A DNA stretch of 64,000 bases from a virus: IMG/VR virus record IMGVR_UViG_3300026097_000009, positions 64,001 through 128,000 of that record; one strand, written 5' to 3'. The stretch's first letter is position 1; each line of letters begins with the position of its first letter. The notes beneath the pieces are model-generated. The model did not search any database. It saw nothing but the letters and a program-made list of their open reading frames with translations, and was not told the origin of the DNA. This document shows, one piece after another, positions 37,697-49,600 of the stretch. A program made the translations under genes and the position numbers.

Positions 37697-40600
37697 TGGC
37701 CGTTAAAAAGTATCCAGAAAGCAATCTTCCTATACGACAAACATCGGATTTATTGCCTTCCATTTTTAAGACCGAACAGAATGAAAAGTTCTTAAACGGA
37801 ACTTTAGATGCACTTGTTCAACCAGGCGTTCTTAATAAGATAACCGGTTATGTTGGTAGAAGATACGGTAAAACATTTAACGGAAATGATGTTTATTCCG
37901 GAAACGACGAAACACTTAGAAGTAGATATCAGTTAGAAACTGGAGTTACTGTTGAAGAAAACCAAGAAGTTAAACAATTTTATGACTATCTAGATTTTAA
38001 AAATATACTTAACTTTTTCGGAAATAATACCGATATTGATTCTGTAACTACAGATGCTAAACATTATTCTTGGAATCCGCCTATTGACTGGGATAAGTTT
38101 ATTAATTATAGACAATATTATTGGATTCCTGAAGGCCCGCCTGATGTTAATATATCGGGACAATCTCAAAGTATTGTTAGCACATATAAAGTTAGGACCA
38201 GCGATCCTCAGAATTGGTTAATTACACCTGACGGATTAACACCGAATCCTACTTTAGAACTATATAGAGGTCAAACATATAAGTTCGATATTAATTCTCC
38301 TGATAATCCTTTTGTTATAAGAACAAATTACGATACAGGTAGTTTACTATTTGATTCTAACAAAGCATATGATTTGGGCCAACTTGCTCTTTATTCGAAT
38401 GTTTTATATCGAGCCACCGAGTCAATACCTATTCTTCAAGGAGTTTTTAACCCTGAACAATGGGAAATTGTCGATGCACAAGAACAAGAAACTGTTTTAG
38501 ATTATAATGATGGTGTTGTTAATAATAATATTGAAAGCGGAACCGTAACTTTTACTGTTCCTTTAGATTCTCCAGATATTCTTTATTATCAAAGTTCCAC
38601 AGAACCCGATCGTTTAGGACAGTTTGTTATTAAAGATATAGAAGAGAATTCCTTTGTTGATGTAGAAAAGGAAATTATTGGAAAAGAAACTTATACAAGC
38701 GGAAACGGTATAGAATTAACTAATGGATTAGTAATTTCATTTATTGGACAGGTTACTCCGTTGTCCTATTCTTCAGGAAAATATTTGGTCGAAGGCGTAG
38801 GTGATGGAATACGATTAATACAATTTGATGATTTAGTTGTTCCGCCTACTGTTTCTAGTTCTAACCTAGATGTAATTTTTGATAATGAAGGGTTCGATAC
38901 TCAGCCTTTTGATAACGCTTCGACATACCCGGGCGAAAAGGATTATATCACTATCAATAAGTCTAGCATAGATAGAAATCCGTGGAGTCGGTATAACAGA
39001 TGGTTCCATAAAGATGTTTTAGAGTTTGCATTTGCACAAAACGATAGTAGTTTTTCAGCTAACGAAGATTCTAGAGCAAAACGGCCGATAATAGAATTTC
39101 AACCTGATTTACAATTAACAAACCACGGCGGTACAGCGAAAGATACTGTAGATTTAATTGATACTTTCACTACAGATGTTTTTTCTATTATTGAAGGAAG
39201 CCAAGGTTACAATATTGATAATATTAGTTTATATGCCGGAGCAAGAATTCTTTTTACCGCAGACACTGATTCTTTAGTTAAAAATAAAATTTATGAAGTT
39301 CAATTCATTGATCACAATGGTACTAACATAATTCATTTAGCAGAAACTGAAGATACCCTGCCTCAGGATAACGATTGTGTTATTATAAGATATGGTCAGG
39401 CCAATGGCGGCAAAATGTTCCATTATGCTAACGAAACATGGATAGAAAGTCAATCAAAAACCGAGGTAAATCAAAGTCCTTTATTTGAATTATTTGATGA
39501 ATCTGGAAATCAGTTTTCTGACATAACGATCTATGATACTACTACATTTGTAGGAACTCCGATTGTATCCTACAAAGAAGGAACAGGGAACAATGATGCA
39601 GAATTAGGATTTCCGATAAGTTATCTTAATATTAGCAACGTAGGTGACATTGAATTCGATTATGACTTAGATGTAGGTTCGTTTGATTATATTGATAATC
39701 AAGTACTGGTATCTAAACAGTATTCAACAGGGTATTTAAAATTTAATAATGAAAAATCTTATGACAATTGCTGGACAGTATCTGATAATACATTCCATAG
39801 TCCTATTGTTGACAGTGTTGTTATATCTGAATCAACAACAGAACTTACATTAACCACGGTAAACTTTAAAGAAGTTACAGATGAACAAATACACCTATAT
39901 GTAAACGATTTAAAAGTTGAAAATTATCAAAGATCTGTCAACACTTTTGTTTTTGATACAGCATTAAAAGAAAACGATGTATTAACAATTAAAATTTTTG
40001 CCGATGTCGAACCAGTAGATGGATATTTTGAAATACCTAAAGGTCTCGAACAAAACCCATTGAATGGCGATATCCAAGAATTTACACTCGGAACAGCGAT
40101 AGATCATGTAGCGACTGCGGTAGAATTTAACAGTTCGTTGATTTCTACTGCTGATAATTCTGTTAACAAAGTAATCGGAAATAATAATCTAAGAGATTTA
40201 TCGGGTTATATTCAAAATGCTACCAGATTTATGAAGCATGATGGGATTAATGCACTGGCTCTATATTTGCTGTGTGATAAAGAAAATAATGTAATTAAAT
40301 CTTTAGAGTATGCAAAAAGTCAATATCGTGTATTTAAAAGTGATTTCATTAAGAACATTACCGAAGAAGAAATATTCGATAACCCATCCGAATCTGTAGA
40401 TAACATCATGAAGAAAATGACTGATAATAAAACAAATCAGTCAGCGTTCAAATATACGGACATGATAGGTTTCGGTGCGTATACTTCTATTCAATTAACA
40501 GTTGATGATACAGAAATAAAAACTTTTTCTTTATCCGATAATTTCGATCTAGACACTTCTAGCAATAAAGCTGTATACGTTTATCTAAATAATGTTCAGC

Positions 40601-43600
40601 TATTTCACGGCTACGATTACGAGTTCAATTCTGATTTTGGGTTTGTTACATTGGATGTAGAATTATCAGAAGGCGACATTATCGAAATAAGAGAATACTT
40701 GTCAACAGTTTCTGGGTTTATACCAGCAACTCCTACCAAGTTAGGACTATACAAAAAATTTAAACCTGAAATTTTCATAGACGACACATTTGTAGAACCT
40801 AAGAAAATGATTCAAGGACACGATGGTAGTTTGTTTGCCGCGTTTGATGATTATCGAGATGACATTATTCTAGAATTAGAAAAAAGAATCTACAATAATA
40901 TTAAAATTTCATATAACGAAAATCTTTTGGATATAGATTCGTTGCTATCGAGTTATTACGGCAACGGCGATTTTGAAAAAGAAACATTTGATTCTATAAT
41001 CGGAAAACAGTTTTTAAAATGGATATCTAATAGCACACTTGATTATACTCAGAATGAATACTTAGATACTGAAAACAGTTTTACCTACACGTATTCAAAC
41101 ATGCTAGATCCAACAAGATCTATAAACCTTCCAGGGTATTGGCGAGGAGTGTATCGATGGTTTTTCGATACAGATCGTCCACATACAAGACCTTGGGAAA
41201 TGTTAGGATTTTCAGAAGAACCGTCGTGGTGGCAAACAGAATACGGTCCTGCTCCCTACACTAAAGGAAACTTAGTTCTATGGGAAGATATAGAAAACGG
41301 AATTATTAGACAAGGGTCTCGTGCAGGAACATATGACAAGTATAAACGTCCAGGGCTGACTAACTATATTCCGGTGGATCACAGTGGAAATCTTCAAAGC
41401 CCTTTAAATGCAGGCATTGCTAAGAATTTTGTATTGGTCAATAACCAAGGTGCATTTAAGTTCGGAGACGTAGGCCCGGTTGAAAGTTCTTGGAGATATA
41501 GTTCAGATTATCCTTTCAGTGTTATTATAGGATTATCACTTTTACAGCCTTTTAAAATTATATCACAAAATTTGGATAAGGTCGGATTTACCACAAATTT
41601 ATTAGGACAAACTGTTGATGTCGATACATTTAAATTTAAAAATGTAGATCAAATTAATGTTCCTACAGCAACAAACATTACTGGAGGAATAATAAATTAT
41701 GTTACAGACTACATTTTAAGCCAAGGACGAACTTCGGAATCTTTACAAAATGTATTCGAAAACTTTAATGTAAGATTGTCGCATAGACTATCTGGCTTTG
41801 TGGATCAAGATAAACTTAATTTTGTTTTGGATAGTAAAAATCCTAGATCTGCAAGCGAAAGCGTATTTTTGCCTGCAGAAAATTACCAGTTATTTTTTAA
41901 TGAGTCTGCTCCTATAGAAACTTTAGAATACAGCGGAGTTATTGTAGAAAAAGTTTCTACAGGATTCAAGATAAACGGTTACAATCAAAATAAGCCATAT
42001 TTTAACTACATTAAACCTGTAGAATCAAAAGGCGATCCGGTGTTTGAAGTCGGCGGAATTTCTGAATCTTTTGTAGATTGGACTCCTGAACAATTTTATG
42101 CCAACGGCACACTTGCAAGATTTAATAACAGATATTATAGATCCAAGCAATCGCATACAAGCGGAACGGATTTTGATTCGTCTTTATGGTCAGCATTACC
42201 TAAGCTACCGATCGAGGGCGGTGTTGAAGCATTTAGAAGAAGAACTTTTTCTAATAAAATAATAGAAGTTCCGTACGGAACTATCTTTACAGATATACAA
42301 AGTGTTGTTGACTTCCTTTTAGGCTATCAAAAACATCTAGAATCGAAAGGTTTTGTTTTTGATTCTTACGATACTGAACTTAAAGTAAACAGAGATTGGC
42401 TCACCTCAGCAAAAGAGTTTATGTTCTGGAGTACACACGAATGGGCAACGGGATCTTTAATCTCATTAAGCCCGATGTCGTTACAGGTGAGTATACGATA
42501 TCCTGTAGGAGTTTCCGAAGATATTTTTGATTCGTTTTATGATTTTAATATCTTTAAGAGCGACGGCACTCCATTAAAAACAAATGAAATAGACGTTAAG
42601 AGATCTTTTCAAACTTTAGAAGTTACGTCAAAGTTATCTAACGATGGAATTTATTTCCTAGCAGTTAACTATGTGTTAAAAGAACACGTTGCATTGTTTG
42701 ATGACAGAACTGTTTTTAACGATGTTGTTTACGAAAAAACTTCTGGTTATCGACAGCAACGAATAAAAGTTAGAGGATTTAAAACAGCAGATTGGGACGG
42801 AGACTACACAAGTCCGGGATTTATATTTGATAATGTAGATATAAATGATTGGCAACCGTTTATTGATTATAAACTAGGCGATATAGTTTCGTATAGAGAG
42901 TTCTTTTATACAAGTTTAATGAACCAGTCCGGATCTGCTGAATTTATAGAGTCTAATTGGACCAAACTAGATCTAGTACCTAAAAAAGAGTTAATTCCGA
43001 ATTACGATTACAAAATTAATCAATTTGAAGATTATTTCAATTTAGATAGTGATGCAGTTGTCGGAAGCCAACGAGAATTAGCACAGCATACCTTTGGCTA
43101 TCAACCAAGAAACTATCTATCTAATATTATCCAGGATGAAGTTACACAATTTAAGATTTATCAAGGATATATTAGAGAAAAAGGTTCACTGAACAGCATA
43201 TCAAAAGTTTTCGATAAGATAAGTCGAATTGACGGAAATTCTATTGATGTGAAAGAAGAGTGGGCATTTAAAACTAATACATTCGGCGGAGTGAACACCT
43301 TAACTGAAACAGAATTTAGATTACCTTACGAAAGTTTTGATTTATCTCCACAGCCTATAATAATTCAAGAATCTGATAATATTGAACAGTCAAACGATCA
43401 ATATACTCGGATTACTCCGAAGGAATTTACAATTAATAAATCTCCGTTTACAAAAAATATTTTTTCAAAGAAATTATTTAACGGAGACTCGAGAAATGCG
43501 GGATATGTTAGCACACTAGATGTTGATTATATTGTAAGAGATATTCCGGAACTTTTGTCATTGGATATTTCTGATATTAGTGAAAATCAAAATATATGGA

Positions 43601-46600
43601 TTACCTTTGAAGACGCATCCTGGAATGTATATAGATTTAATAGATCTGAAATTTTAACTGTTGAAAATGCAGAAGTAATCGATAACAATGTTGAAATTAC
43701 TTTTAATCGAGCACACAATTTTTCAGTAAACGATATCATCGGATTCAAACAAATACCAGGAATAAACGGACTCCATAAAGTTACATTCGCTGGTTTAAAA
43801 ACCTTAAGATTTGAGATAACGCCACCTCTAGAAATTTCGTTTGATTCAAGCACAGTGATAAGAATTTATCAATTAACCAGTGCTAGATATTCTGGTTACG
43901 ACAGAATATCCGACGAAAGTATATCGGTTCTTAATACCGGATCTAAAGTATGGATCGATGAGAACGAAAATCAAAAATGGGAAGTGTTAGAGAAGGCACA
44001 ACTTTATCAAGATAAATCTATTGTTGATTATGGTGTATCACTGCCTGTAAAAACAGGGTACAATGTTTTATACTTAGAAAATCTTAAACAGTCTGTAGTG
44101 TCTATTCCTGGATCTAACATTGTTTCAGTATTAGTAGAAACTGCTAACGGATTAGCGGCTAAGCAAGTTTTACAACCGCCGACTGGATTTAATTTTATTG
44201 ATCAAAGCTTTGGTTATGGACTAGGTGTAAGTCCTGACGAAAAATATCTAGTGATCGGCGCACCGTTAATTTCAGATATTCCTACTCCGTACAAAGGGAA
44301 ATATTCGCCATCGGCAACATATGCTTCAAACAGTATTGTTGAACACGACGGTAAACTCTGGAGGGCATTGGTAGGAATAACCGGTGCCGACGGAAGTACC
44401 ATTAACATATATTCCGGCGACTGGACCGAAGCAACTAATATTCGTGTAGATACGGATGAAACAGGCAGTGGGTTAACTTCGCAAGGATTGGTTCTTGTAT
44501 ATGAAAGATCAAATAATAGATGGGAATTCCACTCATCTTTTGTAAGTCCAAGACCGAACGACAACGAACGATTTGGCGAAACTATTTCTATTAGTAAAAA
44601 CGGATCCAGCTACCAACTTGCTGTAGGAGCACCCGGTGCGTTAAGAAATCGAGGAAGAATCTACTTTTTTGATTTAGTTGCAAACGAGTGGAAAATCCAA
44701 CAAAATGTAAATTACAGAGGGCTTTACAGTTCCGATGTTGATACTTTTTATCCAGCCGGCAGTATTGTTTACTATAATAACAACCTCTGGAGAACAAGTG
44801 TAGATGTTTACAGCGACGGAAGCACAATTACAGTAGAAAACGAAGAATGGCAGCTTATAGATCCAGTATCTACACATTGTTCGTTGCCAACTAATATAAG
44901 TTTGCCATTCGATGGTTCGACAATCGACGATAGCACATCTAAAATAGGAATATTGTCATCCGAACAAATTGCTGAATTAACCAAAGAAGGCGATCAGTTT
45001 GGTAGAAGTTTTGCATTAACATCAACAGGTAATGTGTTAGTTGTCGGTGCTCCGTTTAGCGACGAAAAGTTTTTCCAAAATTATCGAGGTTCTTGGCAAC
45101 CGTTTGTTGAATATCTAGAAGGAGATGTAGTTAGGTATCAAGGTTCGTATCATATATTAACCGATCCTAGCGGAAACGACAGTGCAATTACATCTAATAA
45201 CGAACGTCCCGACGACGGATTACCTTGGGAAAATATCGGAGATAGCTCCAGACTGTTTATAGGAAAGGTATTTGTTTATGTTAAAAATGAATTTGGATTC
45301 TACGATCTAAAACAGACAATCAGTTCTGAGAATTTTGACAATGGACCGTTTTATGTTTACGGCACAAATGATGACATTAAAGGACATTATTATCCGCTAT
45401 ATACCAATGAAAGTTTAGCTAACTCTATAGGCGAAACATCGCAAGCATTTACTTTTACTGAGTATCCTGGTGTAACGTTCTATATGCCTAGCACTGATAT
45501 AAATTTATACAAAAAAGAACAACCGCAGAATTTAAGAAATTACGACGATAAAGAAGTGGTAGACTTAGGAGATCAATTCGGATATCGAGTAGATGTAGAC
45601 GGATCGGGATCCACTATTGTTGTTAGTAGCCCACTTTCGGATATTGAATTACAAGATCAAGGCGCAGTTTATGTGTTTAAAACGGATAATCTTGTAAGCC
45701 CTCATTACCAGTTGCTACAAAAATTAACCAGTTATGAAAATTATGTAAGTGAATTTTTTGGATCTGATGTTTCAATAAGTAAAAACAATGAAAAAATTGT
45801 AGTAGGAGCTAAAAACTCCCCATTTGTAAAACCAACTTCGTTTGACTTAGAATCTGGAACTTCTTTTGATTCTGGCACTACTAATTTTATATTCGATCTC
45901 GGCTATCCTGGACAAGCTTATGTCTTTGAAAGAAAGCCGGAACGTTATTTCTTAGCTGAAAAACTGCAATCTGAAAACTTCCAAGATGACGAGAGTTTCG
46001 GATCGTCTGTTGATTGCTCGAGTGATAAAGTATTGGTAGGTTCGCCTGATTTTATAGTAGGAAATTCTGCATTCGGAAACGCAAGGTTATTCAGTAATGC
46101 AGGACTAAAAAGTATTTCTACAATTGGTATACAAACAGAACTAACTGATCCGTTCGAGATACAGAACATAAGTTTGTTTGATAATTTTACCAACACTAAG
46201 ACTGGTGATATCGAGATTGTCGATTCCTATAAATTTAAATTTTTAAGTTTAGTTGAACAGGAATTAAGTTTTAAAACAATGTACGATCCTGCAATCTACA
46301 CCGCAGGAAATAATGAAACTACCGTACAACAAAATCAAGCGTGGTTTGAGAAAAATGTCGGAAAGCTATGGTTAGATCTTTCTACAGTAAAATGGTTAAA
46401 CTACGAACAAGAAGATGTCGGATACCGTATTAGCAATTGGAATCGTACTGCATACGGATCGTCTGTAGATGTTTATGAATGGGTAGAAACAAAATTACTC
46501 CCTAGTGAATGGGCAGCCATTGCAGATACTACAGAGGGATTGTCTGCAGGGATTTCGGGACAACCTTTGTATGCCGACGATACTGTATATTCACAGAAAA

Positions 46601-49600
46601 TACTTTATAATATAGAAACAGGACAAACTTCCGAGACTTTGTATTATTATTGGGTAAAAGATAAAAAAATTACTCCTAACTTGACTACTAGGTCAATAAG
46701 TTCGTTCGATGTTAAAACTTACATTGAAAATCCAGCAGCCGCACAAATTCCGTTTGTTGCATTAATAGATGAAGACAAATTTATTTTATATAATTACGAA
46801 ACAGTTTTAAGAAATAATGAGACATATATTAACTTCTTAAACAAAGATAGTGAAATTGTAAACCCTGTTCACAAAGAATATCAACTATTAACTGAAGGAA
46901 ATATAGAAAAAGAATTAAGCGAAGACTTAGAGTTGAAATGGATTGATAGTCTAATAGGCTATGATTTAAATGCAAACAAAGTTCCCGATCCAAATCTTCC
47001 AGAAAGACAAAAATATGGTATCGGTTTTAGACCTAGACAGGGTATGTTTGTCGATAATAGAGAAGCTTTAAAAATCGTCGTCAACAGAATAAATCTTATT
47101 TTAAGTTCTCAACCTTATGTTGAAACATTAGATTTAACTGATTTCTTTGATAGTCAAGAAATTCCAAATTCTACGTTAAACTTATACGATACATCCGTAG
47201 AAAATTTTGCTGACCTAGACAACGTCGGAGCTATAAGATTAACTTCTGCTTCTTTGCAAGCCAACATTGTGAATGGTGAAATTGATACTGTTGATATAAT
47301 AAATCCCGGATTTGGGTACCGAGTACCGCCAACTGTTGAAGTAATCGGAAACGGTGAAAATGCAGAAATTACCACAGTTATTAATTCTATAGGCCAAGTA
47401 ACAGCAGTTAATGTTGTTAATGCAGGAAGAAAATATACAACTGTCGATCTCAAAATAAGAGCATTTTCTGTTCTTGTAGAGAGTGACGAAACTTCAAACA
47501 ATTTTTGGAGTGTATATGAATATGACGAAAATAGAAATACTTTTTATAGAAGTATAACTCAAGATTATGATGTATCTCGTTATTGGGATTATGTAAATTG
47601 GTGGCAGGACGGATACGGCCCAGATTCTAAAGTTTCGTTCGAAATCGAAAACTTTAGTTTAATTCCTACATTAAATTTAACGTCCGGTAATCTTATAAGA
47701 ATCAAAGAATACGGCACAGGCGGTTGGGTTGTTCTAGAAAAGAATGAATCTAATACAGGCGATATTGGAACAGATTTTAATATAGTAGGTAGACAAGACG
47801 GAACTATTTCTTTAAAATCGAGCTTATATGACGATACTGCATTCGGACTAGGGTTCGACAGCATAGATTCTTTTGATACAACTAAGTATGATAAAGAACC
47901 GTATTTAGAAACAAGAAAACTATTGTATGCAATTAAAAATAATATCTTTGTAAATGAACTTGCCACTGAATGGAACAAGCTGTTTTTTGCAAGTATTAAA
48001 TATGCATTTACAGAACAAGAATATGTTGATTGGGCGTTCAAAACAAGTTTTGTTAATGTTAAACATACTGTTGGGGATCTTGATCAGCCTACAAATTATC
48101 GTCCAGATGGATTAGACAGTTATCTAAGTTACCTAGAAGAAGTAAAGCCTTTTAGAACATCAATACGAGAATTTATTAGTAGCTATAATGAAATTGAAGA
48201 TACTCCTACTATAACCACTGACTTTGATTTGCCTCCTTACTATAACACTAATGCAGGAAAGGTGTTAAGCGTAAATCAATATGATTCTAATCTCCAGAAT
48301 TATCCGTGGAAATATTGGTCCGATAATCAAGGGTATGCTATAACCGAAATTGAAATAGCCAATGCAGGTAGTGGTTATACAAATCCTCCAAGCGTAGTTA
48401 TTACTGGCACTGGCTCCGGCGCATCCGCTAGAGCTTTTATTAGAAACGGTTCAGTAAGTAGAATACAGATTATTAATAAAGGCTACGGATACACTTCTAA
48501 CACAGTAGTGTCGTTGGTTGGAGGTAATGGTAGTAATCCTGATAATGCAAAAGCAGTTCCTATACTTGGCGATAATTTAATTAGAAACATCGATACAAAA
48601 ATTAAATTTGATCGTATTTCTAAAAATCCTCTATACTCAACACTTACTAAAGAAGAGTCGTTTATTGCAACAGGAAATACATCTGTATTCACATTAAGTT
48701 ACGCTCCTACTCGTAATAAAAATGATATTGTAGTTTATAGGAATAATCAAATATTATTAAACAGTGATTACTCTATAACACTCTTTACTCAGTATAACAA
48801 TCAATATACACAGTTAAAAGGAAGGTTAACTCTAACAGAAGTTCCTGATGCTAATGATGTTATTACAGTAATGTATAATATTAACAATGAATTACTAGAT
48901 TCAGTAGCAAGAATTAACAAATTCTACAGTCCATTGGCAGGAATGAAAGGTAAAGAATTAAATCAACTAATGACAGGTATAGATTTCGGCGGTGTGCAAA
49001 TCCAAGGAAATACATTCGATGTTACTGGAGGATGGGATGCATTACCTTGGTTTACTGATAATTGGGATTCAGTAGAGAGTAATACTGATTTCTATGTAGT
49101 CGCCGATGGTAGTACCACATCTGTAACATTACCGTATACCCCAGAGTCTGGCGAAATCATAACGGTTTATTTGAAACGGTCGGGGTCTGATTTAGTTCAA
49201 ACAATCGATGATTTGCAATATTCAGATGTTCCAGATGAACCTAAAACTGTTCGTATAGATGATCCTTATTTTGATCAGTATGACGGAACTACAGTACAAC
49301 CGAACGGAAGAACTACTGCTCCGGATAGTGCGTTGATGCCTTCTTTTATTGGAGACGGTAGCACAAAGACTGTTGAAATAGGGTCATACGTAAGAACCTA
49401 TGAAAATGATATTTTAGTCTTTAGAAAGTTAGAAAGTGATGGTACTGTAACAATTGAAGATGAAAACATTGTAGATACAAACCTATCCGGAGGTAATTTA
49501 AATTTTGCAGGAGGCGCATACAGCACCGCTAATGGAACAACTGCTGAAGAGATAGTAATAGAAGGTGGAAAATTTATATCTCCTGAACAATCAACAGGCC

